From contig CAVURN010000001.1 of NCBI GenBank assembly GCA_963743915.1, positions 128,001-192,000 of the forward strand: 64,000 nt of DNA. The letters run 5' to 3'. The notes under the pieces were generated by a model. The model ran no database searches, had not been told where the DNA came from, and saw only the letters and a program-made list of their open reading frames with translations. Made by a program: the position numbers and the translations under genes. Below, one piece after another: positions 11,187 to 23,631 of the stretch. The stretch's first letter is position 1. Each line of letters opens with the position of its first letter. Source of the DNA: an uncultured Actinomycetota bacterium. Its GTDB lineage: Bacteria; Actinomycetota; Actinomycetes; JAHEKZ01.

Positions 11187-13570
11187 TGACAGTCGTCACG
11201 AACCAGACCAGCGGTGACGCCTCGGTGCCCGACCGCCCCGATCTCGTGTCCCTGACGATCGACGGGGTGGCGACGTCGGTGCCGAAGGGCACCTTGATCA
11301 TCCGGGCCGCCGAGCAGCTCGGCGTCGCCGTTCCGCGGTTCTGCGACCACCCGCTGCTCGAGCCGGTCGCGGCCTGTCGGATGTGCCTGATCGAGATCGA
11401 GGGGATGCCCAAGCCGCAGCCGGCCTGCGCGGTCCTCTGCTCCGACGGCATGGTGGTCAAGACCCAGATGACGTCCGCGGTCGCCGAGGAGGCGCAGCGC
11501 AGCGTCATGGAGTTCCTCCTCATCAACCACCCCCTCGACTGCCCCATCTGCGACAAGGGTGGCGAGTGCCCGCTGCAGAACCAGGCAATGACCAATGGTC
11601 AGGGTGACACCAGGTTCGACGGCCCCAAGCGCACCTTCCCCAAGCCGATCAACCTCTCCGCTCAGGTGCTGCTCGACCGCGAACGCTGCGTGTCCTGCGC
11701 CCGGTGCACGCGCTTCGCCGAGCAGGTGGCTGGTGACCCCTTCATCGAGCTGCTCGAGCGCGGCTCGCAGCAGCAGGTGGGCATCGCCGACGGCAAGCCG
11801 TTCAACTCCTACTTCTCGGGCAACACCATCCAGATCTGCCCGGTCGGCGCGCTCACCAGCGCGATGTACCGCTTCCGGTCGCGGCCGTTCGACCTCGTCT
11901 CGACGCCCACCGCCTGCGAGCACTGCGCCTCCGGGTGCGCCTTGCGCACCGACTCCCGTCGCAACAGCGTGATGCGTCGACTCGCGGCGGTCGACCCCGA
12001 GGTGAACGAGGAGTGGAACTGCGACAAGGGTCGCTTCGCCTTCCGCTACCTCGAGGCCCAGAACCGGCTGTCGACGCCGCTTGTGCGCCAGGACGGCGAG
12101 TTGCGGCCGGCGTCCTGGGACGAGGCTCTCGTGGCGGCAGCCGAGGGTCTGCGAGCCGCACAGGGCAAGACCGGCGTCGTCACCGGCGGGCGCCTGATGC
12201 TCGAGGACGCCTACGCCTACAGCCTGTTCGCCCGCCGTGCGCTCGGGACCAACGACGTCGACTTCCGCACCCGGCCGTCCTCGGAGGAGGAGGAGCAGTT
12301 CCTCGCGGCTCACGTCGCCGGGCGCGGTCTCGGACCCACCTACGCTCAGCTGGAGCAGGCGCCTGCCGTGCTCCTGGTGGCCCTCGAGCCCGAGGACGAG
12401 TCACCGATCGTGCTGCTCCGGCTGCGCAAGGCGGCGCGGTCCGGCACCCGGGTGCTGTCCGTCGCCGCGGCCGCCACGCGTGGCCTCGAGAAGGTGCAGG
12501 GCACCTGGATCGCTGCCACTCCCGGCTCCGAGGCGTCGGTGGTGACGGGCCTGGCCGACGGCGAGCACGGGGAGCTGCTGACCCAGCCGGGCGCTGTGAT
12601 CCTGGTCGGTGAGCGTGCTGCCCGTTCGCCCGGACTGCTCTCCGCCGTGTCCCGCCTGGCCGCGCAGACCGGTGCCGGCCTGGGCTGGGTGCCGAGGCGC
12701 GCCGGTGACCGCGGTGCAGTCGAGGCGGGGCTGCTGCCGTCGTTGCTGCCCGGTGGCAGGCCGGTCGCGGACGCAGCAGCACGCGTCGACACGGCCGCCA
12801 TCTGGGGCGTCGTCGAGGTGCCCGAGACACCGGGGCGCGACCTCCCGGCGATGCTGCACGCGGTGGAGCAGCGGGCGCTCACGTCTCTCGTCGTCGCGGG
12901 CGCGCAGCTGGACGACCTGCCAGACGGCGCCGAAGCGGCTCTGCGAGCCGTCGACCATCTGGTCGTGCTCGACACCCACCACCACGCGCTCGTCGAGCTG
13001 GCGCACGTGGTGTTCCCCGTCGCCGCGGTCTCGCAGAAGGCGGGCACCTTCCTCAACTGGGAGGGTCGCGAGCGCTCCTCGGCACGCGCCACGCGCAGCA
13101 CGCTCATGCCCGACGCACGCGTGCTCGGGGCGTTGGCTGCCGAGCTCGGGGTCGACCTGCCCCTCGCCGATGCCGGTGCGATCCTGGCCCAGCTGGCGGA
13201 GTTCGCCGGCTGGGAGGGTGCGCGGGCGGAGTCACCCGACGTCCCCGTGCCGGCCGTCGAGGCCGGCGGAGGGCTCGCGCTGGCCACCTGGCGGCCGCTG
13301 ATCGGAGGCGGCACCACCCTCGAAGACGGTGAGCCCTACCTCGCAGCGACGGCACCTCCGCAGCAGGTGTGGCTCTCGTCCGACGCCGCGGCCGAGCTGG
13401 GGGCGAAGGAGGGGGACCTCGTCACCGTGACCGGCGGCGACGGTAGCGTCACTGCGCCGCTGGTCGTCACCGAGGTGGCCGCGGACACCGTGGTCGTCAC
13501 CGGGGTCGCCCGTCGCACCCTGGGCGTGGGCGGCGAACGGGTGCGCCTCGCCGTGGGAGGACTGGGATGA
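11186..13570 (+). CDS. nuoG: NADH-quinone oxidoreductase subunit G
   Basis: [48 protein letters not shown]. Confidence 0.97.
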   Translation: MTVVTNQTSGDASVPDRPDLVSLTIDGVATSVPKGTLIIRAAEQLGVAVPRFCDHPLLEPVAACRMCLIEIEGMPKPQPACAVLCSDGMVVKTQMTSAVAEEAQRSVMEFLLINHPLDCPICDKGGECPLQNQAMTNGQGDTRFDGPKRTFPKPINLSAQVLLDRERCVSCARCTRFAEQVAGDPFIELLERGSQQQVGIADGKPFNSYFSGNTIQICPVGALTSAMYRFRSRPFDLVSTPTACEHCASGCALRTDSRRNSVMRRLAAVDPEVNEEWNCDKGRFAFRYLEAQNRLSTPLVRQDGELRPASWDEALVAAAEGLRAAQGKTGVVTGGRLMLEDAYAYSLFARRALGTNDVDFRTRPSSEEEEQFLAAHVAGRGLGPTYAQLEQAPAVLLVALEPEDESPIVLLRLRKAARSGTRVLSVAAAATRGLEKVQGTWIAATPGSEASVVTGLADGEHGELLTQPGAVILVGERAARSPGLLSAVSRLAAQTGAGLGWVPRRAGDRGAVEAGLLPSLLPGGRPVADAAARVDTAAIWGVVEVPETPGRDLPAMLHAVEQRALTSLVVAGAQLDDLPDGAEAALRAVDHLVVLDTHHHALVELAHVVFPVAAVSQKAGTFLNWEGRERSSARATRSTLMPDARVLGALAAELGVDLPLADAGAILAQLAEFAGWEGARAESPDVPVPAVEAGGGLALATWRPLIGGGTTLEDGEPYLAATAPPQQVWLSSDAAAELGAKEGDLVTVTGGDGSVTAPLVVTEVAADTVVVTGVARRTLGVGGERVRLAVGGLG

Positions 13571-14871
13571 GACTCGAACTGAGCGTCACCGAGGCGCTGG
13601 CCGAGACGCCGTGGTGGCTGTCGGCCATCAAGGCGGTCGTCATCTTTGGCTTCCTCGTGGTCAGCACGCTCATCATGATCTGGGCCGAACGTCGCGTCGT
13701 GGCGCGCATGCAGATGCGCATCGGTCCCAACCGACGGGGCCCCTTCGGGCTGCTGCAGGGCCTGGCCGACGGCATCAAGCTGGCGCTGAAGGAGGACATC
13801 ATCCCGCAGGCGGCGGACAAGGCGGTCTTCATCCTGGCGCCGATCATCTCCGCCACCATGTGCTTCCTGGCGTTCGCGGTGATCCCGTTCGGCCCGGTGG
13901 TCAGCATCTTCGGCCACCACACGCCGCTGCAGCTCACCGACTTCTCGGTGTCCGTCCTCTACGTGCTGGCCATCGCGTCCATCGGCGTCTACGGCCTGGT
14001 GCTGGCCGGCTGGTCCAGCGGCTCCACCTACCCGCTGCTGGGGGGCCTCCGCTCATCGGCGCAGGTGATCTCGTACGAGATCGCGATGGGTCTGTCCTTC
14101 GTCGCCGTGTTCCTCTACGCCGGATCGATGTCCACGTCGGACATCGTCGCCGCGCAGGACCAGTTCTGGTTCTCGATCATCCTGCTGCCGTCGTTCCTCA
14201 TCTACCTCGTCTCGATGGTCGGCGAGACGAACCGGGCGCCGTTCGACCTGCCCGAGGCCGAGGGTGAGCTCGTCGGTGGCTTCCACACCGAGTACAGCTC
14301 GCTGAAGTTCGCGCTCTTCTTCCTCGCCGAGTACATCAACATGTTCACGGTTGCTGCTCTCGCCACGACCCTGTTCCTCGGTGGCTGGCAGGCACCCTGG
14401 CCGCTGGGCGGACCGGTCTGGGAGGGCGCGAACGACGGCTGGTGGCCGGTCCTGTGGTTCGTCGGGAAGCTCTGGGTCTTCATGTTCGTCTTCATCTGGT
14501 TGCGGGGGACCCTCCCACGGCTGCGCTACGACCAGTTCATGAAGCTCGGCTGGAAGGTGCTGATCCCGATCTCGCTGGTGTGGATCGCGGTCGTCGCGAC
14601 GGTGCGGGCGCTGGCGAACGAGCAGTCCTTCGACCGCACGCAGGCGTTCGTCTGGGGTGCGGGCATCGTGGCCGTGCTGCTGGTGCTCAGCATCATCTGG
14701 GACTACCTCGCCGGCCGGGGTGCCGCTCAGGATGAGGCGGTCGACGCCGGCCCCTTCGATCCGTTCGCCGGCGGTCACCCGGTCCCACCGCTCCCGGGAC
14801 AGGCCGACCAGGATGCGGTGGCCGTCGCCGTGGGCGCAGGACGCGGCGACAAGGAGGAGCTCGATGCCTAG
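13567..14871 (+). CDS. nuoH: NADH-quinone oxidoreductase subunit H
   Basis: [49 protein letters not shown]. Confidence 0.97.
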   Translation: MRLELSVTEALAETPWWLSAIKAVVIFGFLVVSTLIMIWAERRVVARMQMRIGPNRRGPFGLLQGLADGIKLALKEDIIPQAADKAVFILAPIISATMCFLAFAVIPFGPVVSIFGHHTPLQLTDFSVSVLYVLAIASIGVYGLVLAGWSSGSTYPLLGGLRSSAQVISYEIAMGLSFVAVFLYAGSMSTSDIVAAQDQFWFSIILLPSFLIYLVSMVGETNRAPFDLPEAEGELVGGFHTEYSSLKFALFFLAEYINMFTVAALATTLFLGGWQAPWPLGGPVWEGANDGWWPVLWFVGKLWVFMFVFIWLRGTLPRLRYDQFMKLGWKVLIPISLVWIAVVATVRALANEQSFDRTQAFVWGAGIVAVLLVLSIIWDYLAGRGAAQDEAVDAGPFDPFAGGHPVPPLPGQADQDAVAVAVGAGRGDKEELDA

Positions 14872-15388
14872 CTTCCTCGACCCCATCGCGGGTTTCGGGG
14901 TGACCTTCGCGACGATGTTCCGCAAGGTCAACACCGAGCAGTACCCCGAGGAGCGCAAGCCGATGATGGCGCGCTTCCACGGTCGGCACGTGCTGAACCG
15001 GTACGCCGACGGTCTCGAACGGTGCATCGGGTGTGAGCTGTGCGCGTGGGCGTGCCCCGCCGACGCCATCTACGTCGAGGGCGCGTCCAACACCGACGAG
15101 GAGCGCTACTCCCCAGGTGAGCGGTACGGCCGCGTGTACCAGATCAACTACCTGCGCTGCATCTTCTGCGGTCTCTGCCTCGAGGCGTGCCCCACCCGGG
15201 CGCTGACGATGAGCCATGAGTACGAGCTCGCCGACACCAGTCGCGCAGCCATGATCTACGAGAAGCAGGACCTGCTCGCACCGCTGACGCCGCAGATGCA
15301 GGCGCCGCCGCACCCGATGGCGGACGGCACCACGGAGCAGAACTACTACGCCGGTGAGTTCGACCACCTGAGCGGTGATGCCAGGTGA
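14864..15388 (+). CDS. nuoI: NADH-quinone oxidoreductase subunit I
   Basis: Two 4Fe-4S motifs [12 protein letters not shown] and [12 protein letters not shown]. Confidence 0.97.
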   Translation: MPSFLDPIAGFGVTFATMFRKVNTEQYPEERKPMMARFHGRHVLNRYADGLERCIGCELCAWACPADAIYVEGASNTDEERYSPGERYGRVYQINYLRCIFCGLCLEACPTRALTMSHEYELADTSRAAMIYEKQDLLAPLTPQMQAPPHPMADGTTEQNYYAGEFDHLSGDAR

Positions 15389-16185
15389 CCGAACTCCTGA
15401 CCTCGGCGCCTGCGACGTCCACCGGCGAGGCCGTGGCCTTCTGGATCCTCGGCCCGGTGGCCGTGGTGTGCGCCCTCATGATCCTGCTGAGCCGCAAGGC
15501 CGTGCACAGCGCGCTCTGGATGGCGGCCACGATGATCATCATCGCCGTGCTGTTCCTGATGCAGGGAGGCGTCTTCCTCGGCGTGGTGCAGATCGTGGTC
15601 TACACCGGCGCCGTGATGATGCTGTTCCTCTTCGTCCTGATGCTGGTCGGCGTCGACGCCTCCGACTCGTTCGTCGAGACCCTGCGGGCCCAGCGGGTCG
15701 CCGGCATCCTGCTGGCTGCCGGATTCGCCTTCCTGCTGATCTCCGGCACCGCCCGAGCCACCTTCAGCGAGGCCCCCGGTGTCGGTGCTGCCAACGAGGC
15801 GTCCGGCGGGCACGTGGAGGCGATCGCCGAGGCGATCTTCACCCGGTACGTGTTCACCTTCGAGGTCGTCAGCATCGTGCTGATCACCGCCGCCCTGGGA
15901 GCGCTGGCCCTCACCCACCGCGAACGACTGGTGGCGCGCCGCACCCAGGCCGAGCTCTCCGTCGAGCGCATCAGCGGCACGCACCCGACGCCGTTCCCCA
16001 GCCCCGGTGTGTACGCGCGCCACAACGCGGTCGACACGCCCGCGCTGCTTCCCGACGGCACGGCAGCTGAGGCCTCGGTGCCTGACGAGCTCCGCCGACG
16101 CGGCACGGTCCGCTACACCGAGATCGAGCAGACGCGCGCCGACGGCGGCGCTGAGGTCGGCGGCGACGGGGGTGAGGGTCGATGA
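15385..16185 (+). CDS. nuoJ: NADH-quinone oxidoreductase subunit J
   Basis: [19 protein letters not shown]; operon position. Confidence 0.95.
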   Translation: MTELLTSAPATSTGEAVAFWILGPVAVVCALMILLSRKAVHSALWMAATMIIIAVLFLMQGGVFLGVVQIVVYTGAVMMLFLFVLMLVGVDASDSFVETLRAQRVAGILLAAGFAFLLISGTARATFSEAPGVGAANEASGGHVEAIAEAIFTRYVFTFEVVSIVLITAALGALALTHRERLVARRTQAELSVERISGTHPTPFPSPGVYARHNAVDTPALLPDGTAAEASVPDELRRRGTVRYTEIEQTRADGGAEVGGDGGEGR

Positions 16186-16481
16186 ACCCGGTCAACTACC
16201 TCTACCTGGCCACGATCCTGTTCTCGATCGGCGCGCTCGGCGTGCTCGTGCGCCGGAACGCGATCGTCGTGTTCATGAGCATCGAACTCATGCTCAACGC
16301 CTCGAACCTGGCGTTCGTCTCCTTCGCCCGCCTCAACGGGAACATCGACGGAATGGTGGTGGCCTTCTTCGTGATGGTGGTGGCTGCCGCCGAGGTCGTG
16401 ATCGGCCTGGCCATCATCGTCACGATCTTCCGTACGCGGCGCTCCGCGTCGGTCGACGACCCCAACCTGCTGAAGCTGTGA
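16182..16481 (+). CDS. nuoK: NADH-quinone oxidoreductase subunit K
   Basis: [27 protein letters not shown]. Confidence 0.97.
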   Translation: MNPVNYLYLATILFSIGALGVLVRRNAIVVFMSIELMLNASNLAFVSFARLNGNIDGMVVAFFVMVVAAAEVVIGLAIIVTIFRTRRSASVDDPNLLKL

Positions 16482-16533
16482 GCCCGATGCGGACGTCCCT
16501 GACCCTCGCCCCTGTGACCCCGGAGAGTGCCCG

Positions 16534-18468
16534 ATGAGCGCTGTCGCAGCCGTGCGCTGGAGCGAGGGCGGCGAGCAGGTGGTGACGGCTGCCACCGGCA
16601 TCTTCAGCCTCACCTGGTTGTTGATCGCCCTGCCACTGGCCGGCGCGGTGATCCTTCTCGTCGGCGGTCGCCGGACCAACCCGTTCGGACCGTGGCTCGC
16701 GACGGCGCTGGTCGGCGTCTCCTTCGTCATCGGCGCGCTGCAGTTCATCGAAATGCTCGGCCGCCCGTCGGCGGAGCGAGCCTTTGACCAGACGCTCTTC
16801 ACGTGGGCACCCATCGGTGACTTCAGTGTGGACGTGGGCTTCCAGCTCGATCCGCTGTCGATGACGTTCGTGCTCCTCGTCACCCTGGTCGGCGGTCTCA
16901 TCCACGTGTACTCCATCGGGTACATGGCGCACGACCCCGACAAGCGACGGTTCTTCGGGTACCTGAACCTCTTCGTCGCGTCGATGCTGCTGCTCGTCCT
17001 CGCCAGCAACTACGTGCTCGTCTACGTCGGGTGGGAGGGCGTCGGGCTCGCGTCCTACCTGCTGATCGGGTTCTGGAACGCCAAGCGCGAGTACGCGACC
17101 GCGGCGAAGAAGGCCTTCGTCATGAACCGCGTCGGCGACATCGGGATGTCGTTGGCGATCATGCTGATGGTCACCACCTTCGGCACCACCGCCTTCTCGG
17201 GGGTGTTCTCCGGGGTCGAGGGCGCGAGCACCGAGGTCGTCCTCGCCCTGGGGCTGCTCCTCCTGCTGGCTGCCACCGGCAAGAGCGCGCAGATGCCGCT
17301 GCAAGCCTGGCTCGGGGACGCGATGGCGGGCCCGACACCGGTGTCGGCCCTGATCCACGCGGCCACGATGGTGACCGCCGGTGTCTACCTCATCGTCCGG
17401 TCGAACCCCATCTTCGACCTGTCCGACGGGGCGCGGCTCGCCGTGGTCCTGGTCGGCGTGCTCACGCTGCTCTTCGGTGCATTCGTGGGCACCGCGAAGG
17501 ACGACATCAAGAAGGCGCTGGCGGCGTCCACCATGAGTCAGATCGGCTACATGGTGCTCGCCGCGGGGCTCGGACCGGCCGGCTACGCCTTCGCGATCTT
17601 CCACCTGCTGACCCACGGCTTCTTCAAGGCGCACCTCTTCCTCGGTGCCGGGTCCGTCATGCACGGCATGGACGACGAGGTCAACATGCGTCGCTTCGGT
17701 GCGCTCCGCGCCGCGATGCCCGTGACGTTCGTGACGTTCCTCATCGGCTACCTGGCGATCATCGGGATCCCGCCGTTCGCCGGGTTCTTCTCCAAGGACC
17801 TCATCATTGAAGCGGCGCTGGCCGACAACGTCTGGCTCGGCGTCGCCGCCATCCTGGGCGCGGGCATCACCGCCTTCTACATGACCCGCGTCATGATCCT
17901 CACGTTCTTCGGCGACAAGCGCTGGAAGGAGGACGCGCACCCGCACGAGTCACCGATGTCGATGAAGGCCCCGATGGTGCTGCTCTCGGTCGGATCGGTG
18001 GTACTCGGGTTCGTGCTCTGGTCGGGAGACCGGATCGTGAACTGGTTGGAGCCGGTCGTGGGGCCTGAGGAGCACCACGAGCTCGGCATCCCGGTCTGGG
18101 CCGTCACGCTCATCATCCTGGCCGTCGTCCTGGTCGGTGTCGCGATCGCCGTGGCGATGTACCAGCGGCGCCCGGTCCCGGTCGAGGCGCCGACCGGAAC
18201 GGTGTTGACCCGGGCCGCACGCCAGGACTTCTACCAGGACGCCTTCAACGAGTCGCTCTTCATGCGACCGGGGCAGTACCTGACCCGGTTCCTCGTCTTC
18301 TTCGACAACCGGGTGGTCGATGGGTTCGTCAACGGCGCGGCCGCGATGATCGGTGGCAGCTCGGCGCGCCTGCGCCGGATGCAGACCGGTTTCGTGCGCT
18401 CCTACGCGCTGTCCATGCTTGCCGGGGCCGTCCTGGTCGTCGGTGCTCTCGTGCTGGTGGGGCTGTGA
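16534..18468 (+). CDS. nuoL: NADH-quinone oxidoreductase subunit L (start uncertain)
   Basis: [60 protein letters not shown]. Confidence 0.96.
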   Translation: MSAVAAVRWSEGGEQVVTAATGIFSLTWLLIALPLAGAVILLVGGRRTNPFGPWLATALVGVSFVIGALQFIEMLGRPSAERAFDQTLFTWAPIGDFSVDVGFQLDPLSMTFVLLVTLVGGLIHVYSIGYMAHDPDKRRFFGYLNLFVASMLLLVLASNYVLVYVGWEGVGLASYLLIGFWNAKREYATAAKKAFVMNRVGDIGMSLAIMLMVTTFGTTAFSGVFSGVEGASTEVVLALGLLLLLAATGKSAQMPLQAWLGDAMAGPTPVSALIHAATMVTAGVYLIVRSNPIFDLSDGARLAVVLVGVLTLLFGAFVGTAKDDIKKALAASTMSQIGYMVLAAGLGPAGYAFAIFHLLTHGFFKAHLFLGAGSVMHGMDDEVNMRRFGALRAAMPVTFVTFLIGYLAIIGIPPFAGFFSKDLIIEAALADNVWLGVAAILGAGITAFYMTRVMILTFFGDKRWKEDAHPHESPMSMKAPMVLLSVGSVVLGFVLWSGDRIVNWLEPVVGPEEHHELGIPVWAVTLIILAVVLVGVAIAVAMYQRRPVPVEAPTGTVLTRAARQDFYQDAFNESLFMRPGQYLTRFLVFFDNRVVDGFVNGAAAMIGGSSARLRRMQTGFVRSYALSMLAGAVLVVGALVLVGL

Positions 18469-18469
18469 C

Positions 18470-20038
18470 GTGAACGACTTTCCGGTACTGACGACCCTCG
18501 GCGTGCTGCCCTTTGTGGCAGCGCTGGTCGTGGCCCTGCTGCCACGTGGCCGCGAGCTGCTTGCCAAGCAGATCACGTTGGTCGTGTCGCTGCTGATGCT
18601 CGGCCTGACCGTGGCCATGGCCCTAGCCTTCGACCCGTCCTCCGCCGAGACGTTCCAGTTCGTCGAGAGCACGCCCTGGATCGAGCAGTTCGGGATCAGC
18701 TACGCGGTCGGCGTCGACGGCATCGCGCTGGTGCTGATCGCCATGGCTGTCTCGCTGGCGCCCATCGTGATCCTCGCCGGCTGGAACGACGCCGACGGGC
18801 ACGAGCGGCACCGCACCCAGACCTACTTCGCCCTGCTCCTGGCCCTGCTCGGCACCATCGTGTTCGTGTTCGCGGCCACCGACCTGTTCCTCTTCTACGT
18901 GGCCTTCGAGGTCATGCTGGTGCCGGTCTACTTCCTCATCGGCATGTTCGGTCGCGGCCAGCGCACCTACGCCGCGGTCAAGTTCCTGCTGTACAGCCTC
19001 TTCGGCGGCCTGCTGCTGCTCGCGGCGCTGATCGGGCTCTACGTCGTGTCGGTGGGCGAGCTGGGTCAGGGCACGTTCGACTGGAACGCGCTCGCGGGCA
19101 TGCCCATCGACCCGGACACCCAGAAGCTGCTCTTCGCCGGCTTCTTCTTCGCCTTCGCCATCAAGGCCCCCATGGTGCCCGTCCACACGTGGCTCCCGGA
19201 CGCCGCCGCGTCCGCCACGCCGGCCACCTCGACCCTGCTGGTGGGGGTGCTCGACAAGGTGGCGACGTTCGCCATGCTGCGCCTCTGCCTGCCGCTCTTC
19301 CCGGACGCCGCGGAATGGGCTGCCCCCTTCATCGTCACGATGGCGGTGATCAGCATCGTCTACGGCGCGCTGGTCGCCATCGGACAGACCGACATGAACC
19401 GGCTGATCGCCTACACGTCGGTGTCGCACTTCGGCTTCATCATCCTCGGGATCTTCGCCTTCACAGCGATCGGTGGATCCGGCTCGACCATCTACATGGT
19501 GGCTCACGGCTTGTCGACCGCTGCGCTCTTCGTGGTGGCCGGCTACCTGGTCTCCCGGCGCGGGTCGAGCCTCATTCCCGCCTTCGGTGGCGTGCAACGG
19601 GTGGCGCCCCTGCTTGCCGGGTTCTTCCTGTTCGCGGGACTGTCCAGCCTCGCGATGCCGGGGCTGGCGAGCTTCGTGGGTGAGCTCACCGTGCTCATCG
19701 GCTCCTACCAGCGATGGCCGGTCGCCGCGGCGATCGCCGTGATCGGCATCGTCCTGTCGTCCCTGTACATCCTCATCATGTACCAGCGGGTGGCACATGG
19801 CCCGGAGACCGAGAACGTCAAGGGGATGCGTGACCTCTTTCCCCGGGAGGTGGTCGCCTTCGCCCCTGTGATCGCGCTGACGATCGCCGTCGGCGTCTTC
19901 CCCAAGCCGCTCTTCGACGTGGTGAATCCCGCGATCGACCGCACGCTCGCATTCGTGCAGGTCGACCCGGTGGAGCCGGAAGTCCCCGTCGAGCCCTTGG
20001 ATACGGCGGCCCCTGAGGCGCCTGAGGGTGAGGACTAG
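18470..20038 (+). CDS. nuoM: NADH-quinone oxidoreductase subunit M
   Basis: GVDGI, FYVAFEVMLVP, IKAPMVPVHTWLPDA, AYTSVSHFG. Confidence 0.96.
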   Translation: MNDFPVLTTLGVLPFVAALVVALLPRGRELLAKQITLVVSLLMLGLTVAMALAFDPSSAETFQFVESTPWIEQFGISYAVGVDGIALVLIAMAVSLAPIVILAGWNDADGHERHRTQTYFALLLALLGTIVFVFAATDLFLFYVAFEVMLVPVYFLIGMFGRGQRTYAAVKFLLYSLFGGLLLLAALIGLYVVSVGELGQGTFDWNALAGMPIDPDTQKLLFAGFFFAFAIKAPMVPVHTWLPDAAASATPATSTLLVGVLDKVATFAMLRLCLPLFPDAAEWAAPFIVTMAVISIVYGALVAIGQTDMNRLIAYTSVSHFGFIILGIFAFTAIGGSGSTIYMVAHGLSTAALFVVAGYLVSRRGSSLIPAFGGVQRVAPLLAGFFLFAGLSSLAMPGLASFVGELTVLIGSYQRWPVAAAIAVIGIVLSSLYILIMYQRVAHGPETENVKGMRDLFPREVVAFAPVIALTIAVGVFPKPLFDVVNPAIDRTLAFVQVDPVEPEVPVEPLDTAAPEAPEGED

Positions 20039-20042
20039 AGCG

Positions 20043-21599
20043 ATGACGTCCCTTCTGGTCGAGTCCTTCGACACCCCCAGCTTCGAGTACGCGCTGCTTG
20101 CGCCCATGCTCATCGTCTTCGGGGGGGCGATCGTCGGCGTCCTCGTCGAGGCCTTCGTGCCGCGCTCCGCCCGACGCGTGACACAGGTGGCGCTGAGCCT
20201 CCTGACACTGGGCGCTGCCTTCATCGCGCTCGTGGTCTGGACGCGTCCTGACCTCGGCCAGATCGCCGCGTCCGGGACGGTGGCCATCGACGGTCCCGGC
20301 GTCTTCCTCCAGGGCACCATCCTGGTGCTGGCCTTCGTCGCGGTCCTGCTGTTCGCCGAGCGCAGCATCGATCCCTCAGGCGACGCGTTCACCGCGTCGG
20401 GTGCGACGATCCCGGGCAGCCAGGCCGAGCGAGAGCTGACCGCCGCACGGGTCCACCAGACCGAGGTGTGGCCGCTGGCCCTGTTCTCTGTCGGCGGCAT
20501 GATGCTGTTCGTCGTCGCCGACGACCTGCTGACGTTCTTCATCGCGCTCGAGGTGCTCTCGCTGCCTCTCTACCTGATGGTGGGACTGGCCCGACGTCGA
20601 CGACTGCTGAGCCAGGAGGCGTCCCTCAAGTACTTCCTGCTCGGCGCCTATTCGTCAGCGTTCCTGCTCTTCGGGTCGGCCTTCCTCTTCGGCTACGCCG
20701 GCACCATCAGCTTCGCCGGCATCCACGACTCGCTGAGCTCGGGTCTCGAGCTCGACCCGCTGCTGCTCATCGGCACCGCCCTGGTCGGCATCGGTCTGTT
20801 CTTCAAGGTGGGAGCAGTCCCGTTCCACTCCTGGGTGCCGGACGCGTACCAGGGGGCGCCCACGCCGGTGACCGCCTTCATGGCCTCCGCCACCAAGGTT
20901 GCTGCCTTTGGTGCGATGCTCCGGCTCTACTACGTAGCCCTCGGCGACTACGAGTGGAACTGGCGTCCGATGTTCTGGCTGGTCGTCATCCTGACGATCG
21001 TGGTGGGTTCCGTCCTGGCCATCACCCAGACCGACATCAAGCGGATGCTCGCCTACTCGTCGGTGGCGCAGGCCGGGTTCATCCTGATCGGTGTCACGGC
21101 GGCGTCCGACCAAGGAATCTCGAGCACGCTCTTCTACCTGGTCGCCTACGGTTTCGCCACGATCGGAGCGTTCGCCCTGGTGACGCTCGTGCGTGACGGC
21201 ACCAATGAGGCTGTGCATCTATCGCGCTGGGCGGGGATCGGCCGTACGTCCCCCCTGGTGGCGGGTGTCATGTCACTGTTCCTGCTCTCCTTCGCGGGGA
21301 TCCCGCTCACCAGCGGCTTCATCGGCAAGTTCCTCGTCTTCAGTGCGGGCATCGACGGTGGGGCCACCCCGTTGGTGATCGTGGGTGCGGTGTTCAGCGC
21401 GGTGGCGGCGTTCTTCTACGTTCGTGTCATCGTGCTCATGTACTTCTCCGATCCCGTCGATGACGGCCCCACTGTCGCCGTGCCGAGCGCCTTCACCACT
21501 CTGGCCATCGCCATCTCCGCCGCCGCCACCGTCGCCCTGGGTCTGGTGCCCGGACCGCTCATCGACCTCGCGCAGAACGCTGCCGAGTTCATCCGCTGA
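20043..21599 (+). CDS. nuoN: NADH-quinone oxidoreductase subunit N
   Basis: EASLKYFLLG, FKVGAVPFHSWVPDAYQGAP, KRMLAYSS, GFIGKF. Confidence 0.96.
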   Translation: MTSLLVESFDTPSFEYALLAPMLIVFGGAIVGVLVEAFVPRSARRVTQVALSLLTLGAAFIALVVWTRPDLGQIAASGTVAIDGPGVFLQGTILVLAFVAVLLFAERSIDPSGDAFTASGATIPGSQAERELTAARVHQTEVWPLALFSVGGMMLFVVADDLLTFFIALEVLSLPLYLMVGLARRRRLLSQEASLKYFLLGAYSSAFLLFGSAFLFGYAGTISFAGIHDSLSSGLELDPLLLIGTALVGIGLFFKVGAVPFHSWVPDAYQGAPTPVTAFMASATKVAAFGAMLRLYYVALGDYEWNWRPMFWLVVILTIVVGSVLAITQTDIKRMLAYSSVAQAGFILIGVTAASDQGISSTLFYLVAYGFATIGAFALVTLVRDGTNEAVHLSRWAGIGRTSPLVAGVMSLFLLSFAGIPLTSGFIGKFLVFSAGIDGGATPLVIVGAVFSAVAAFFYVRVIVLMYFSDPVDDGPTVAVPSAFTTLAIAISAAATVALGLVPGPLIDLAQNAAEFIR

Positions 21600-21601
21600 C
21601 G

Positions 21602-22591
21602 ATGTCCGACCTCAGCCTCGAGCAGCTGGACGGGGGTCTCGCCGCGCGTCTCGCGACGTCGCTCGACGAGGTGGATGCCCTCATCCGTCGCACGCTGGTG
21701 TCGGACTACCCCTTCGTCACCGACACGTCACGCCACCTCGTCGATGCCGGAGGCAAACGGTTCCGCCCGATGCTGGTGCTGCTGGCCGCGGAGTTCGGTG
21801 ACCGGACGATGCCCGAGGTCGTCCCGGCGGCAGCCGTGGTCGAGCTCACCCACCTGGCGACGCTGTACCACGACGACGTCATGGACGAAGCCGAGCTGCG
21901 TCGGGGAGCACCATCGGCGAACGCGCGGTGGGACAACACCGTGGCGATCCTGACCGGGGACTTCCTGTTCTCCCGTGCCTCGGAGCTGCTCGCCGATCTC
22001 GGACCGGAGGCGGTGCGTATCCAGGCGCAGACCTTCAGTCGACTGGTGATCGGGCAGATCAAGGAGACCGTCGGTCCGGGTGAGGGCGACGACCCGGTCG
22101 ACCACTACCTCGCGGTCGTGGCGGACAAGACGGGGTCGCTGATCGCCACCTCGGGACGCTTCGGGGCCATGATGTCCGGTGCCACACCCGAGGTGGTCAC
22201 CATCCTGACCGAGTTCGGCGAGCTCATCGGGGTGGCCTTCCAGCTGGCCGACGACGTCCTGGACGTCAGCAGCGAGAGCCAGGAGTCGGGCAAGACCCCG
22301 GGAACAGATCTGCGCGAAGGGGTGCGGACCCTGCCGGTGCTCCATGCGCTGCGCTCCGACGAGGCCGCCGACGCCGAGCTGCGCGAGCTGCTGACGGGGG
22401 ACCTCACCGATGACGGCAGGCATGCCCGTGCGCTGTCGCTGCTGCGCGAGAGCCCGGCCATGAAGCGGGCCCAGGCGGACCTGCAGCGGCATGCGGCCGC
22501 CGCCCGCGACGTCCTGAAGCCGTTGCCGGAGGGACCGGCCAAGGCGGCCCTCGAGGCGCTCTGCGACGCGGTGGTCTCCCGCGTCGGCTGA
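21602..22591 (+). CDS. Polyprenyl diphosphate synthase (HepT/GrcC-like; menaquinone side chain)
   Basis: GGKRFRP, HDDVMDEAELRRG first Asp-rich motif, FQLADDVLD second motif, GTDLREG. Confidence 0.93.
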   Translation: MSDLSLEQLDGGLAARLATSLDEVDALIRRTLVSDYPFVTDTSRHLVDAGGKRFRPMLVLLAAEFGDRTMPEVVPAAAVVELTHLATLYHDDVMDEAELRRGAPSANARWDNTVAILTGDFLFSRASELLADLGPEAVRIQAQTFSRLVIGQIKETVGPGEGDDPVDHYLAVVADKTGSLIATSGRFGAMMSGATPEVVTILTEFGELIGVAFQLADDVLDVSSESQESGKTPGTDLREGVRTLPVLHALRSDEAADAELRELLTGDLTDDGRHARALSLLRESPAMKRAQADLQRHAAAARDVLKPLPEGPAKAALEALCDAVVSRVG

Positions 22592-22675
22592 CCAAGCATC
22601 TGCCGAGCGGTGCGTTGCACGCAGATTGAGGGCTCCACGGGCGGTGAGAATGCATGGTGTGCACCACTGGGCGGG

Positions 22676-23602
22676 TCAGTGGGCCTCCTGGGCTCGCTCC
22701 TCCAGCTCGAGGTCGACGGTGCGGCGACCCCGGCGGACGGCGATGACCGTGTCCACCGCGAGCACAGCCAGGGCCGACCACACCAGCGCGAAGCCGGCCC
22801 AGCGGGATGCGGGCATCGGCTCGTCGTAGACCAGGACGCCGATGAGGAACTGCAGCACCGGCGCCGTGTACTGGAGCAGGCCGATCCACGTGAGCGGAAT
22901 CCGCGTCGCGGCCGCTCCGAACATCAGCAGGGGGATCGCCGTGATCACCCCGAGAGCCGCCAGCAGGGCGACCATGCCCGGCCCCTCCGTCTGCATGGCG
23001 CTGCTTCCGTTCACCATCAGGACCGCCAGGTAGGTCGCGGCGAAGGGCGTGAGGATCGCGGTCTCGGCGGACAGACTCTCGACCGCTCCCATGTCGAGTG
23101 TCTTCTTCAGCAGCCCGTACGTTCCGAAGCTGATCGCCAGGGTGAGCGCGATCCAGGGCAGCCCGCCGTAGTCGATGGTCAGCACCACCACCGCGACCGC
23201 ACCCAGCGCCACCGCGGCCCACTGCCAGCGGCGAAGGCGCTCACCGAGCAGGGCCACGCCGAACAGGACGCTGACCAGGGGGTTGATGAAGTAGCCCAGG
23301 GAGGTCTGCACGACCTGGTCGCTGTTGACGCCGTAGATGTAGACACCCCAGTTCAGGGCGATCGTGACGGCGGCAGCGGGGAGCAGCCACATCCGCCGTC
23401 GATCCCGCAGCAGTGGCCGGATCCACGACCACTTCCCCAGGACGGTGAGAACCACCAGCAGCACGAGCAGGGACCAGACGATCCGGTGGGCGAGGATCTC
23501 CAGGGGTGTCGTGGGCTCGAGGAGCGGGAAGTAGAGGGGGAAGACGCCCCACAGGAGGTAGGCCCCGAGTCCGTAGACCAGCCCCTGACGCCGCGTCGAC
23601 AC
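22676..23602 (-). CDS. rarD: EamA/DMT family transporter RarD
   Basis: AYLLWGVFPLYF, EILAHRIVWS, SLGYFINPL, GLLQYTAP; about 10 TM helices. Confidence 0.9.
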   Translation of the reverse strand: MSTRRQGLVYGLGAYLLWGVFPLYFPLLEPTTPLEILAHRIVWSLLVLLVVLTVLGKWSWIRPLLRDRRRMWLLPAAAVTIALNWGVYIYGVNSDQVVQTSLGYFINPLVSVLFGVALLGERLRRWQWAAVALGAVAVVVLTIDYGGLPWIALTLAISFGTYGLLKKTLDMGAVESLSAETAILTPFAATYLAVLMVNGSSAMQTEGPGMVALLAALGVITAIPLLMFGAAATRIPLTWIGLLQYTAPVLQFLIGVLVYDEPMPASRWAGFALVWSALAVLAVDTVIAVRRGRRTVDLELEERAQEAH

Positions 23603-23631
23603 CCCGTCATCCTGTCACCGGGGTGGAACGG

